Shown in pieces: positions 28,132-38,354 of a stretch of 64,000 nt of DNA (position 1 is its first letter; the number at the start of each line of letters is the position of its first letter). The notes under the pieces are model-generated. The model was given only the letters and a program-made list of their open reading frames with translations. It was not told where the DNA came from and searched no databases. Location: positions 1-64,000 of the IMG/VR virus record IMGVR_UViG_3300021387_001106. One strand, given 5' to 3'. The translations under genes were made by a program, and so were the position numbers. Origin of the DNA: a virus (Duplodnaviria > Caudoviricetes).

Positions 28132-28365
28132 ATGCAGAACATTCGGGTCGAGGCAAAAAGAGACAACTACATGGTCGTTCTGGCTGACACCGAGCGGTTC
28201 GGGAAGGACGAGGTGATGTTCGAGGGCAACACCTTCGACCAGTGCTTCAACTTCATTAAGCGGGAGACCGGCAGGGAAAACCTTCAGCTTCGCTCCATGG
28301 CGCTGTATGAAACTGTGACTGACAGAAACGGGAGAACCTTCCCTCACTACATGGAAGTCTGCTGA
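28132..28365 (+). CDS. Hypothetical protein
   Basis: AGGAG RBS; promoter TTGACA at 28038. Confidence 0.7.
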   Translation: MQNIRVEAKRDNYMVVLADTERFGKDEVMFEGNTFDQCFNFIKRETGRENLQLRSMALYETVTDRNGRTFPHYMEVC

Positions 28366-28408
28366 GAAAGGGGGAAGCAGTCTAAAGGAACAGGAGAGGG
28401 GATAAGAA

Positions 28409-28657
28409 ATGTTTGGCAATGGAAGGCTTCTTGAGAGCGAACTGAATGGAATGGCTTTGTTCATCTTGTGCGACGACGAGTGTGCACAGCCTGTAACACT
28501 TCTGGACAAGGCTGAAACGGCTTATGACGAATGGATGGCTGAGGTCGATGGAGTCGGTGACTCGGCCATCTGTGACTGGATTCAGGAGAGGCTCCACCAG
28601 AACGGATTCAAGTATGGAAAAGACTATAGGATTTTCACAGACCTGTATTGGGATTGA
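28409..28657 (+). CDS. Hypothetical protein
   Basis: GAGGGG RBS. Confidence 0.65.
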   Translation: MFGNGRLLESELNGMALFILCDDECAQPVTLLDKAETAYDEWMAEVDGVGDSAICDWIQERLHQNGFKYGKDYRIFTDLYWD

Positions 28658-28673
28658 AAGAAGGGGGAATAAT

Positions 28674-29540
28674 ATGACCGAAAAGATGGAAGTTGCAAAT
28701 GTACTGGCTGAAATGGTCGCGGACAAGCTCGGGGTCGGACATGATCAGGTCGAGGCCGGGGAGCACTTGCGGAACAACGGATGTACAATCATCGGCCTGA
28801 CGGCCCGGCTCGGTGACAAGGTGATGTACGTTGCGCCTGTCATCAACATGGACAAGATTCTGGACAGCGTGATGAACGGTGACACGTCCTATGTGGTTGC
28901 CGCCGGCAATATCGCGGAACAGGTGAGGAACGGGTATAAGATGGCACCGGACAATATCAATCTGGACCGTGAGTACATCCTTGGGAACTGCAAGCCGAGG
29001 GTCATCTCTGCGGAAAAGAACCGGCAGCTTCTGGAGAATGTTCCGCACAGGGATGTATGCGACCTTGCTGAGATCGTCTATTTCCCTGCGGTCGGCGTTG
29101 ACGGCGGCGTGATCACAGCGAATGACACCGTCCTTCAGTATTCCGGTATTGAGGCGGATGAGCTCTTCGAAGCGGCTCACAGGAACGCCCGGGGCGACTA
29201 TGAGCTCTTGGACATGAAGTCTGTCCTCAGCTTCCTCGTCCCGGTCGATCTGGATGACGGCCCGGGGATGTACATTGTTACGACCAGGAAAAAGCTCTAT
29301 GGAGCCGCTGCTATCGCGGATACAGAGCTTCTGGCGGCCTACATGAAAGACATCGGTGACTGCACCATCATCCCTTCCAGTGTCCACGAGATCATCCTGC
29401 TACCCAAAACAGAGGGCTGTGGGGGCGATGACCTCAGGGAGATTGTTAGAAATGTCAACCTCTCTATCGTGGATGAACAGGAAGTCCTGAGCGACAACGT
29501 GTATGAACTCGGGGCGGATGGGAAGCTCCATATCGCCTGA
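28674..29540 (+). CDS. DUF5688 family protein
   Basis: RNNG, DLAEIVY, YGAAAI, IIPSSVHEIILLP, LSDNVY. Confidence 0.85.
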   Translation: MTEKMEVANVLAEMVADKLGVGHDQVEAGEHLRNNGCTIIGLTARLGDKVMYVAPVINMDKILDSVMNGDTSYVVAAGNIAEQVRNGYKMAPDNINLDREYILGNCKPRVISAEKNRQLLENVPHRDVCDLAEIVYFPAVGVDGGVITANDTVLQYSGIEADELFEAAHRNARGDYELLDMKSVLSFLVPVDLDDGPGMYIVTTRKKLYGAAAIADTELLAAYMKDIGDCTIIPSSVHEIILLPKTEGCGGDDLREIVRNVNLSIVDEQEVLSDNVYELGADGKLHIA

Positions 29541-29610
29541 CAAAGAACAGCGGTGCCGCTGGCGGTTATGTCAACCGTCGGCGGTGATACCGCCTGATGA
29601 GGTAAGGAAA

Positions 29611-30018
29611 ATGAGCAGAGAAGCTGTGTTCGAGATCAATCCGCCTGTAAGGCTGATGGTCACGAAGGAAGACATTATCAATATCATCGAAAAGGAGACC
29701 ACTGACAGCGGCAACTACAGGACATGGTGTGAGGGCTGCAATCAGGTCGATAACAAAGATGGCCTCCCGAAAGCGGAATTTCTGGCGGAGGGCGGTGAGC
29801 TCGAATATGCCGTCAGGAAGCCATTTGAAATGAACGGGAAACTTGAGGATATTCGCTACTACACACTCACAAGGGAGAGGTTGGTAGCGGCGGTCGAGGA
29901 ATGGATACGCGATACATGCACCATCTGGTCGCTGAATGGAAACGTCTCTGAACAGATGACACCGGACGAGGCTGATTCCATCGTGCAGAGGGCACTGTTC
30001 GGGTACGAGGTCTACTGA
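29611..30018 (+). CDS. Hypothetical protein, paralog of 30731..31117
   Basis: LTRERL...ADSIVQRALFGYEVY. Confidence 0.7.
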   Translation: MSREAVFEINPPVRLMVTKEDIINIIEKETTDSGNYRTWCEGCNQVDNKDGLPKAEFLAEGGELEYAVRKPFEMNGKLEDIRYYTLTRERLVAAVEEWIRDTCTIWSLNGNVSEQMTPDEADSIVQRALFGYEVY

Positions 30019-30032
30019 GAAAGGTAAAAGCC

Positions 30033-30674
30033 ATGATCGTAACAAGAAGCATCACACACCCTGTAGCAGTTGAAGAAATCATTGAGGCAAGGAAGGCTGG
30101 CAGACTGGAATCTGTCCTCCCGAGTGGGGCAAACGTTAAAGCGTCGCTTGGAGATGACGAGATCACCTTTGATGTCGCGAGGGACAGCAAGAGGACCTTC
30201 CTGGTCATGCACGATGCAATGCCTGAGCTGCACTGCATGAATGAGGACTGGACGAATCGCGGAGGATGGCCGGCGTCCGAAATGAGGAGACATGTCAATG
30301 AGATCTTCCAGAGGTTTCCCGTTGAGATCAGGGAGCTCGCAATACCGATCAAGATTAAGCAGAAATGCCGTGGAGAGGTAGTTGAAAGCGAAGACACAGC
30401 TTTCCTGCTGTCAGCATCTCAGGTGTTCGGATACGACTGGCTCAAAGAGCGTGACTGCGGGGACGAACAGCTCGACATCTTCACCGATCCACGGAACCGC
30501 GTGAAGTTACGCAAAGTCACGTCCAGCGCTGCGTCGTGGTGGCTGCGGTCGGCCTATAACTACTACAGTTTCTACGGTGTCAATACGGACGGCAGCTATA
30601 CCCACTACTATGCCTACTACGAGGGCGGCGTGGTCGTCGGCTTCTGTATTGAATCCCGCGACCATGAGATCTGA
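30033..30674 (+). CDS. DUF6273-like C-type-lectin-fold protein, probable DGR target
   Basis: NRGGWPASEMR, FLLS..QV, WWLRSA...F..V.TDG...A...GV..GFC. Confidence 0.8.
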   Translation: MIVTRSITHPVAVEEIIEARKAGRLESVLPSGANVKASLGDDEITFDVARDSKRTFLVMHDAMPELHCMNEDWTNRGGWPASEMRRHVNEIFQRFPVEIRELAIPIKIKQKCRGEVVESEDTAFLLSASQVFGYDWLKERDCGDEQLDIFTDPRNRVKLRKVTSSAASWWLRSAYNYYSFYGVNTDGSYTHYYAYYEGGVVVGFCIESRDHEI

Positions 30675-30730
30675 CGGGCTTCGTCCCGGCAGATCGAGAC
30701 ATTGGCTTGACTAGAACGTAAAGGAGGAAT

Positions 30731-31117
30731 ATGATCGCTGGAAGCATTGATGTGACCGTTACCATTCTGGTAACTGATTACGGGGTAGAAGATATACTGA
30801 GGATGGGATTCGACGGCATCTCTGAGTGGGGCCATCTTGACATGTCCCGGGAAGACCTTATCGGGGAGGATGTTGCCGCAAATGCGGCAAAAGTCCTGCT
30901 CAATAAAGGTGCCATCACCATCGTCGACAATGAGGACATGAGTGATTCGTGGCCGCTTACACTGGAAAAGCTCATTAGCGGGGTCAAGTGGTTCATTGAG
31001 GAAGAGGACAATGGTGCTGCGTATCTGAATGACGGAAAGCTCATGACGGATTGTCTTGACGACTTCGCTGCTGACCAGATCATACAGTATGCACTCTTCG
31101 AGGAGATACTGTACTAA
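30731..31117 (+). CDS. Hypothetical protein, paralog of 29611..30018
   Basis: LTLEKL...ADQIIQYALFEEILY. Confidence 0.7.
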   Translation: MIAGSIDVTVTILVTDYGVEDILRMGFDGISEWGHLDMSREDLIGEDVAANAAKVLLNKGAITIVDNEDMSDSWPLTLEKLISGVKWFIEEEDNGAAYLNDGKLMTDCLDDFAADQIIQYALFEEILY

Positions 31118-31216
31118 AAGGGCCGCTAAGACGTTTTCAGTGGTCTTACCCTTACCACACTACCCTTCATGCAGTAAAAAGGGAGTACAGGGGAAAATAA
31201 AAACGGAATCTAAGGT

Positions 31217-31256
31217 AAAAAGGCGGAAATCCCTATCATGGGGCTTCCGCCTTTTT
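31217..31256. terminator. Bidirectional terminator between convergent genes
   Basis: AAAAAGGCGGAA...TTCCGCCTTTTT. Confidence 0.75.
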
Positions 31257-31262
31257 ATGCTT

Positions 31263-32426
31263 TTATTTATTGCCTTTTGCACGGTTGTGTGTGGCACATA
31301 GCATAGTGCAGTTGCTTATATCTGTGGTACCGCCGTTGCTCCATGCGGTAACGTGGTCGGCGTCCATTTCTTTTAGTTTGTAGATGCGTTTGCTGTTATT
31401 ATCACTCCCGAGTGCACAAAGCGGGCAGTTTGAGACGCCTCTCATCTTTGCGTCGGTGGTCTGCTTCTCATATACCGTCCTCTTTGTAACTTCGTCAAAA
31501 ATACGGACATCGAGAAGCCTCGTATCAACACATCCGCCGAGCAGGTACTCGAAAACACCTTTTCGATTCTTCACGAAATAGTCAGCGTAAAGAGACCTGA
31601 GCTTGTTATGTATATCGACCGGGTTATAAGCGTTGGTGTGGAAACGTTCATACAGGTCTCCCCAGTTCAGCCCGCGCATTTCGGATTCCACATCAATGAA
31701 GATGCTGGATACCCAGTCGATTACGCTGTTGAAATATGTTTTGAGCTCGGTAATGTTTGTATCGTACCTATGGCGGCTCATGTAGTCGTCTATGTTTCCT
31801 TTGCTTACCCACATGAGGGCTGTACGGAGATAATCCTGCCTCTTTACGTCTCCGCTGATATATGCGGACCATTTCTGAATATTGGCGTTTTGGCTGTTAG
31901 AGAACTCCGACTTTGCGAGTGTTACGAACGGCCCGGAATAGATGGCGTTCAACAATTCCTGGTCATTCAGGGGAACACCGGCTATATTGATGGTCTTAAA
32001 CCATTCTTTGATCTCACTCTCTGTTCCACTGCACTCGTAAATGGTCAACTTTGTATCAAGTATCTTGCGCTGGAGGTCGTCCGCAAGGCCACTAAAATAC
32101 TGTTGGACACCATTATTGTCAACGATTGGGAACTTGTCCGTAAGGAAACGACCGATGCTTGTAATGCGTTGCTGGCCGTCTAATATTTCGAACTTGTCGT
32201 CGGACACTTTTGTAAAGTAGATCAGGCCGATGGGGTACCCTTTTAGGATAGACTGGATGACTGCGACGTCCTTCTTGCCATCTGCATAAATATAATTTCG
32301 CTGGTACTCGGGCTGGATGGTTAGCTTTCCAGCAAGCCCGAAAAGCCCTTTTCCCTCATATTCGTTATAGACGAAACCCTCGCATACTTTTTCAACGGTC
32401 AAGTCAATGTTTAATTCCGTATTCAT
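31263..32426 (-). CDS. DUF262 (GmrS/ParB-like) + HNH restriction endonuclease-like protein
   Basis: [19 protein letters not shown]; C-terminal CPLC...DADHV..W..GG....NC..LC..HN. Confidence 0.9.
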   Translation of the reverse strand: MNTELNIDLTVEKVCEGFVYNEYEGKGLFGLAGKLTIQPEYQRNYIYADGKKDVAVIQSILKGYPIGLIYFTKVSDDKFEILDGQQRITSIGRFLTDKFPIVDNNGVQQYFSGLADDLQRKILDTKLTIYECSGTESEIKEWFKTINIAGVPLNDQELLNAIYSGPFVTLAKSEFSNSQNANIQKWSAYISGDVKRQDYLRTALMWVSKGNIDDYMSRHRYDTNITELKTYFNSVIDWVSSIFIDVESEMRGLNWGDLYERFHTNAYNPVDIHNKLRSLYADYFVKNRKGVFEYLLGGCVDTRLLDVRIFDEVTKRTVYEKQTTDAKMRGVSNCPLCALGSDNNSKRIYKLKEMDADHVTAWSNGGTTDISNCTMLCATHNRAKGNK

Positions 32427-33565
32427 TGCTTTCTCCTTATCACAATCCGATCGTACATACGGCGATATTTATATTTTCCGTTTTCTTCGGCTAAATAGAA
32501 ACGCTTGCCGCCTGCCATATATTCGCCTTTTTCGGCATAGTTTTTCATATCGTCTGCCAGTTCTAAACTTATCCCTACAATTTCAAATTGTTCGGGGCAG
32601 TACATATTTAAGAAACTAATAGGCACGCCCATTAAGCCATCATAGTCAGAAGGAATTGCATCAGAGTAGCTAACTTCTATTGCGTCATAGTTTACATATC
32701 GTGGGTATCCTCTTTCAAGGATTTCTTTGTGCTTGCTAAATTTGAGATTGTCTGCCATGGTCATTAACGGTAAAGGTTGGTGTCTACGTCCATGCTCAAG
32801 ATTTGTAAACCATCCTGTTCCGGCAACACTAATATATCTTTTTCCGTTCTCGTTGAAAATCTCTGTTCCGCTTGAAGGGTAACTATCAGGAACGGAAAAC
32901 ATCATATTTCTGCCGTTTACACGCTTGTTAAATCTGCATCCTGTCCAGATTCTATTGGCTTGAATTAGCGGGAAAAATTCTTTATAGGTAATGCAATTTA
33001 TGTTCCCGATAATCAGACATTTCTTATCTGCCGCCATAATCCATGCGACGAACTCACGAAAAAGCGAAAACGGCGGATTAGTGACAATAATGTCGGCTTC
33101 ATCGCGCAACGCTGTTACTTCATCGCTTCTGAAATCGCCGTCGCCGTCAAGATATTTCCATTGTAGATCGTTTATATCAATCTTTTTGTTGCGCCTTGTC
33201 AGCGTGAAGATTTTTCCATGTTTGGGGGATATGCTTTCATTGTATTGCGGGGAACTCGTTTCAAAGTCTGTCAGAAAATCAAAAATAGAAAGCTGAATAT
33301 ATTCATGTGCAATTTTACTTTCCGTCGCATAACTTGTACTGATAAGTTTTTTTAATCCGAGCATCTCAAAGTTCTGTGCGAAGAAGCGTGTAAAGTTGCT
33401 CCATTCAGGATCATCGCAAGGAAGCAATATTGTCTTGTCACGAAAGGTATCGGGGTCATATTCCAAATATGCGTTGATCTCGCGCTGTATGTCCTCGTAC
33501 TGTGTGTAAAACTCATCACTCTTTTTTACTTTTGCCTCTGATAATGTGTCGTTCTTTTTTGGCAT
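32423..33565 (-). CDS. Adenine-specific DNA methyltransferase, EcoRI family
   Basis: [37 protein letters not shown]. Confidence 0.92.
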   Translation of the reverse strand: MPKKNDTLSEAKVKKSDEFYTQYEDIQREINAYLEYDPDTFRDKTILLPCDDPEWSNFTRFFAQNFEMLGLKKLISTSYATESKIAHEYIQLSIFDFLTDFETSSPQYNESISPKHGKIFTLTRRNKKIDINDLQWKYLDGDGDFRSDEVTALRDEADIIVTNPPFSLFREFVAWIMAADKKCLIIGNINCITYKEFFPLIQANRIWTGCRFNKRVNGRNMMFSVPDSYPSSGTEIFNENGKRYISVAGTGWFTNLEHGRRHQPLPLMTMADNLKFSKHKEILERGYPRYVNYDAIEVSYSDAIPSDYDGLMGVPISFLNMYCPEQFEIVGISLELADDMKNYAEKGEYMAGGKRFYLAEENGKYKYRRMYDRIVIRRKQ

Positions 33566-33566
33566 A

Positions 33567-33782
33567 TCACTCACCGCCTTTCGTTTGGTTGGCCTCAACT
33601 ATGTCGTCGAGTCCGCAGCCCAGTACAGAGGAAATGCGTATCAGCGTGTCCATAGACACAGTCTCATTCCTGCCCATCTTTGCCAGTACGTTCGTGCTGA
33701 TACCTGCTGCCTTCCGCATCTCTGTCTTAGTCATGTTTTTATCAATCAACAGCTTCCAGAGCCTGTTGTAAGAAACTCCCAT
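33567..33782 (-). CDS. Small XRE HTH (controller-like)
   Basis: VSYNRLWKLLIDK...AGIS. Confidence 0.85.
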   Translation of the reverse strand: MGVSYNRLWKLLIDKNMTKTEMRKAAGISTNVLAKMGRNETVSMDTLIRISSVLGCGLDDIVEANQTKGGE

Positions 33783-34075
33783 CGTTGAATCCTCCCGATA
33801 TTGCCACGATATTGCTAAGTGGTACTTTAATTGTACCGTTCCAGTGTAGGAATAGCAATATTATGTTGCTGAAACATGATAATATGTCTGCTTATATCCA
33901 GAATCCCGTACATGTATAAAAGCGTGATATAGGCACGTAGAAAAGACGTTCTAAGACGTTTTCAGGAATCCATACCATACAACACTACACCGGCGCATGT
34001 TTTGTGAGCGTAGACAGGAATTTGAATGCGATATTAAATAGTTGAATATATAAATACTTTGTTAACTATGCGTAT

Positions 34076-34218
34076 ATACATTGACCATGCGGCCCTGTAT
34101 GGTACAATATAATTACAGGGGATACTAAATACACACCAACCACTGAAGTCGCCGGTCGGCGCTTGGCAAAATTGCGGGCGTTGGACGAGCCGGGTGGAAA
34201 GCGGAAAGGAGGACTTCA
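34076..34218 (+). repeat. Promoter + structured 5' leader, copy A (copy B at 38355-38501)
   Basis: Shared GTATGGTACAATATAATTACAGGGG and AGTCGCCGGTCGGCGCTTGGC..ATTGCGGG..TGGACGAGCCG.GTGGA. Confidence 0.85.
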
Positions 34219-34608
34219 ATGGCTTTTGGATACAAGGACAGTAAATTCTATGACCGCCAGAGAGAGGTCGTTGAATTGTGGGAGAACGGCTCCATTACAC
34301 CAAGCGATCGCGATGAACGAATCCTCAAAGCTCTTGAGCATGAGCTTCGTCACCCTGAGCTTTACGGGACATGGCTCCTCAGCCACTTCAACAGCACTGC
34401 GGAGTTCATGAACGAGAACGTGTACTGGATTGAGGACTACTTCAACCAGTTCGGTGAAGACCCTCTGGCGAGTATGGTCGAGGTGGCAAATCGTGAGATC
34501 GAAATCTTCGAGAAATACGCGGTCGAGTCCAAGTATGGAAGATTCATGGCGGGGGTGCTTCAGGAAGCTCTGGGAAGACTGAGGGAGCGCGGCTTCGAGG
34601 TCGCCTGA
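34219..34608 (+). CDS. Hypothetical protein
   Basis: AGGAGG RBS. Confidence 0.7.
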   Translation: MAFGYKDSKFYDRQREVVELWENGSITPSDRDERILKALEHELRHPELYGTWLLSHFNSTAEFMNENVYWIEDYFNQFGEDPLASMVEVANREIEIFEKYAVESKYGRFMAGVLQEALGRLRERGFEVA

Positions 34609-34647
34609 CAGCAAAAAGAGAACATTGGCCGTTTCAAAGGAGGGCTT

Positions 34648-34974
34648 ATGACGGATAAGATTTGGGCACAGGCGGTTCGCCGTTTCAACGGCATTATGAT
34701 GAACATTGGCTACGAACACAACACCATCGGCACCTGCTTCTCGGAGGACACTGATGACTGGAACCTGAGGGATCTGGTCGCGGAGGCCGACTACACGCTT
34801 AGCACCTACTACGAGAACGGGCACGTAAACGCGGATATGCGGTACGGAGAGCCCGACGAGAGAAAGATGTGGCGGTCGGAGACCGGCAGGCTGAAGCGCT
34901 TCATCGAGAAGTTTGAGCCCTACATCGGGGACCTGAAATGCGCGATGGGACATTGCAGCGCTTACGACAACTGA
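34648..34974 (+). CDS. Hypothetical protein
   Basis: GGAGG RBS. Confidence 0.7.
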   Translation: MTDKIWAQAVRRFNGIMMNIGYEHNTIGTCFSEDTDDWNLRDLVAEADYTLSTYYENGHVNADMRYGEPDERKMWRSETGRLKRFIEKFEPYIGDLKCAMGHCSAYDN

Positions 34975-35006
34975 GGCAGGTTCAACAAAGGAAAGGGGGA
35001 TATAAG

Positions 35007-35159
35007 ATGCTCTACGTAGAGATTGAGTCCGTGTACGGCGGAACGACTACCGGGCTGGTGAGCAGGGAGCTCTGGTTCGACTATCTGATGGATGCTCTGG
35101 AGGGCGATGTGACTGTGGAGCATTACAGTGTGAGCGAATGGACGGGGGACGCGAGATGA
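35007..35159 (+). CDS. Small hypothetical protein
   Basis: AAGGGGG RBS. Confidence 0.55.
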   Translation: MLYVEIESVYGGTTTGLVSRELWFDYLMDALEGDVTVEHYSVSEWTGDAR

Positions 35160-35254
35160 TGCGGCGCTCCAAATTGACACTACATGTTCGCATGTTACTA
35201 TAATTATGCAAGGGGGTTACCAAACGACAAGCGCAGAAACCGGAGGGAAAAAAG

Positions 35255-35437
35255 ATGACGAACAATGAGCACTGGATCTATCTTGAAAAGCTCCGCCGCA
35301 GCGGAGAAACAAACATGTTCGGGGCAGTCCCCTATCTTCAGGCGGAGTTCGGAATGGGCCGCAAGGAAGCAACGGACGTCCTTCTGGACTGGATGAAGAA
35401 CTACAACCGGTCCGATTACGAAGGACTGGAGGACTGA
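35255..35437 (+). CDS. Conserved small phage protein
   Basis: YLEKLRRSGETNMFGA.PYL. Confidence 0.75.
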   Translation: MTNNEHWIYLEKLRRSGETNMFGAVPYLQAEFGMGRKEATDVLLDWMKNYNRSDYEGLED

Positions 35438-35472
35438 CCGGCAACAGGCCGGGAAAATGAAAGGGGGTACCT

Positions 35473-35790
35473 ATGGAGCTCAAGACCAGATACGCAACCT
35501 ATAAGGACTGCTACCTGACCATCGACCGCTATGTAGCGGATAAGTCGCCCGCTATCCAGATTTGGAACGCAGAGGACGGGCCGATCGCCAAACTGACCGT
35601 TTGCCTTGACGCGAAGGAACTCGGGCTGAAGCCCAACGAGTCCTTCGTTGACGTGAACAACCTGCCTGAAGCAATCGACTTCATCCGCGAGTACAAGCTC
35701 GGAGAGCTCACGGAGTTCGCGGCGTGGAGCGGCTTCTGCCGGTTCCCGCTGGTCGCCTTCAACATGGACGAGATCGATAAGTACAAGTGA
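35473..35790 (+). CDS. DUF4313-like protein
   Basis: LTVCL, FVDVNN, SGFCRFPL..F. Confidence 0.7.
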   Translation: MELKTRYATYKDCYLTIDRYVADKSPAIQIWNAEDGPIAKLTVCLDAKELGLKPNESFVDVNNLPEAIDFIREYKLGELTEFAAWSGFCRFPLVAFNMDEIDKYK

Positions 35791-35819
35791 AAAGGGATTC
35801 GCACGCAAGGGGGTGAGAT

Positions 35820-36194
35820 ATGGGATACGAAAGCAGACTCTACGTCGTGAATAAACATGACTGGGGAATCGGAAAATCCCTTGGCGAAAACAAGGTATGG
35901 GGAGAGGTCATCGCGACCTTCAACCTCTGCGTGGTGCCCGATGTCGCGGCTGCAATGAAGGCGTATCCTGCCACAAACGCCTACTTCTATCTTGACGGCG
36001 GTGGCGGGGAGCGGGTGCTTGAGGACAACTATGGGGAACCGCTTGCGGAAATTCCGATTGCCGATGCAGTCGGCATCCTCGAAAAAGCGGCTGCGAATGA
36101 GGACTACAGACGCTTCGCACCGTGTATCCAGATGCTGAAAGGTTTTTCCCCTGAACAGTGGGATGACCTGGTCGTCCTGCACTACGGATACTGA
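35820..36194 (+). CDS. Hypothetical protein
   Basis: MGYESRLY...VLHYGY. Confidence 0.7.
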   Translation: MGYESRLYVVNKHDWGIGKSLGENKVWGEVIATFNLCVVPDVAAAMKAYPATNAYFYLDGGGGERVLEDNYGEPLAEIPIADAVGILEKAAANEDYRRFAPCIQMLKGFSPEQWDDLVVLHYGY

Positions 36195-36222
36195 TTCAGA
36201 GAACAGAGTGGGGGTGGAACGG

Positions 36223-36459
36223 ATGAACGAATGGGTGGTTTTGCACTTTTTGGCCGATGAAAGGCCGGTATCTATCCGTAAGGATGCTGTCACCATGTTC
36301 TACGAATACGTCGAACAGTATTATCACGATGAGTTCAGAGAACCTGAGGTGAAGGGAACATGCCTTATTGTAAAGGGCGCATATGAACAGGTGGTCGTGC
36401 GTGAGCCTTATGCGGTAGTGCGGAAGATGCTGGGTATGGATGGCTCGTGCTTTCCGTGA
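36223..36459 (+). CDS. Hypothetical protein
   Basis: GGGGG RBS. Confidence 0.6.
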   Translation: MNEWVVLHFLADERPVSIRKDAVTMFYEYVEQYYHDEFREPEVKGTCLIVKGAYEQVVVREPYAVVRKMLGMDGSCFP

Positions 36460-36480
36460 TGAAGGACTGAGAGGTGATAT

Positions 36481-36744
36481 ATGGGGATTGAAGGGCTTTC
36501 GGAACTTCAGCAGAAGAAGCTCCGATGTAACTACAATGCTTTCAAGGCAAATTTCGGGGAAGTGGACATTATCAAAAACCCATGCAGATCTGGCGGGCTG
36601 TTGATCTACTATCCGCCCGGGAGTGACAGTTTTATCCAGTCCTGCGAGAATGCCGACTATGCAAACGGCTGGCTCTATGGGGCGGTACAAGGGAACATCG
36701 TCAGGTCAAGGGCATTGATACAAGAAGCGGAGAAGGGTGCATGA
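36481..36744 (+). CDS. Hypothetical protein
   Basis: GAGG RBS; NGWLYGAVQ. Confidence 0.7.
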   Translation: MGIEGLSELQQKKLRCNYNAFKANFGEVDIIKNPCRSGGLLIYYPPGSDSFIQSCENADYANGWLYGAVQGNIVRSRALIQEAEKGA

Positions 36745-36765
36745 CACAGAAGGATTCAGGGGGGA

Positions 36766-37254
36766 ATGGACATGGAAAAGGAAAAAGAAAAAGAAGTAAG
36801 CATCTCTTATGGGGATGGGAATCTGGTGGATGTTTACCGCTATGGGCACAATAAATATTCTGCTTTCTTCCATGACGACAACCATTGTGTCTATGGGGAT
36901 TACATGGACGTCGCAAGGGCGGTCGCCAAATACGGGGAGAAGGGGTCAGGGGCTGCCGGCCAAACTGACAGTATACCTGTGGAAGATGAAGAGAACCACG
37001 CGATGTGTTCCTGCGGCAATTACATGAACCTTTGGACGACCGGCGGTGATTATGACGTGTTCATAATGCTCCATGAGGCTGAGCCTCAGGAAAATTTCGA
37101 CAAAATCATCGAACACGAAGTGGATGAAACATGCCGAAAGGTCATGCGGAACACGAAGCTCAGCACGGAAGAAAAGAAATCGTTGGTCGAGACTATTTTT
37201 GCGGCATATACAGATTTTGGCGTCGAGGTCATGATCGTTGAAAAGAACAGGTGA
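36766..37254 (+). CDS. Hypothetical protein
   Basis: RBS, operon context. Confidence 0.65.
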   Translation: MDMEKEKEKEVSISYGDGNLVDVYRYGHNKYSAFFHDDNHCVYGDYMDVARAVAKYGEKGSGAAGQTDSIPVEDEENHAMCSCGNYMNLWTTGGDYDVFIMLHEAEPQENFDKIIEHEVDETCRKVMRNTKLSTEEKKSLVETIFAAYTDFGVEVMIVEKNR

Positions 37255-37274
37255 CAAAAAGAAGGGGGAATAAG

Positions 37275-37676
37275 ATGGGGAAGAAGATTGATGCTATTGT
37301 TGTTCGGCCTATGGAAAAGCCGAGGTTCATGAAGGTCGACGCCTCACTGGACGGGTACTACAAGACGATCGGATGCGACTGTATTCAGGCGGTCTATCCG
37401 TTCGAAGACCCGGTAGCGGTCATCTGTGATGATGAGGGCAAATTCCGCCAGATGCCGAACAGGGCACTGAAGATGGATGGCAAGATTTACGATGTCCTGT
37501 TCGGAACCTTTATCATTTGCGGCGTCGGGGGCTCTGACTTTTGCAGTCTCCCTGCTGAGCTCAAGGACAAGTACATGAAGATGTTCGCCTCACCAGAGAT
37601 GTACATGAAGAACGTTGATGGCCGGGTGCTCAGGATCGTCATGGACGGCTCCGAACCGACAATGGTCATCGCATAA
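37275..37676 (+). CDS. DUF3846 family protein
   Basis: IQAVYPFEDPVAVICDDEGK...NRAL. Confidence 0.85.
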   Translation: MGKKIDAIVVRPMEKPRFMKVDASLDGYYKTIGCDCIQAVYPFEDPVAVICDDEGKFRQMPNRALKMDGKIYDVLFGTFIICGVGGSDFCSLPAELKDKYMKMFASPEMYMKNVDGRVLRIVMDGSEPTMVIA

Positions 37677-38007
37677 CAACGCTGCGGAAAGGCAGGGCAT
37701 TACGCCTTGCCTTTTCTTTTGCCGCGAACCATATGTCATGTATTTCGATATAGGCAAAGGCACCGTTCATGGAATCATACCGGCCACGCTGCTCGTGGAA
37801 CGGGACGTTGCGGGAATGCCGGTGCCTCAACCTACAGCGGCTGTTGCCGTAATCGGTCATGATGACCCACTCATGACCCGTGGTGAAGCTCTGTAATGTG
37901 ACGTCATGACAATTCGCGGAAAGGATTTTGAATCTGCCATCTGTAAGCTCTGTGAGCAAAGATAAATCATGCCTACTGAACACGGTCCGTCCTCCTGAGT
38001 CAGCCAT
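37666..38007 (-). CDS. Hypothetical protein (start may be internal)
   Basis: VTLQS..TGHEW, HRH....PFH.Q, YI..HD. Confidence 0.6.
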   Translation of the reverse strand: MADSGGRTVFSRHDLSLLTELTDGRFKILSANCHDVTLQSFTTGHEWVIMTDYGNSRCRLRHRHSRNVPFHEQRGRYDSMNGAFAYIEIHDIWFAAKEKARRNALPFRSVVMR

Positions 38008-38354
38008 CGGTTACCTCGTAATTATACACGCCACAAGGCGATGGTAAAACTGGTTCCGGTAATCGGACATTATCTGCACGAAAAAGCGGTTATCGGCCAA
38101 AAGAGTGTCGGCCATTATCACTTACCCTGCGGGGCACGTACAAAAGGCGAGCTAAGAGCGAATCAGCACACACATACATACTATATATCCCCGGGGACGC
38201 TAAAAACGCGTCTCAGGGGATTTTTGTTGTGGCGAGAACACGGTCGAAGGCCGCTCAACGGACATGGAACAGAATGATGGTACAGCCCTCGATATAGCTA
38301 AAAGAATGTGAATACGAATATGTAATTATGAATATTCTGTTAAACTATGCGAAT

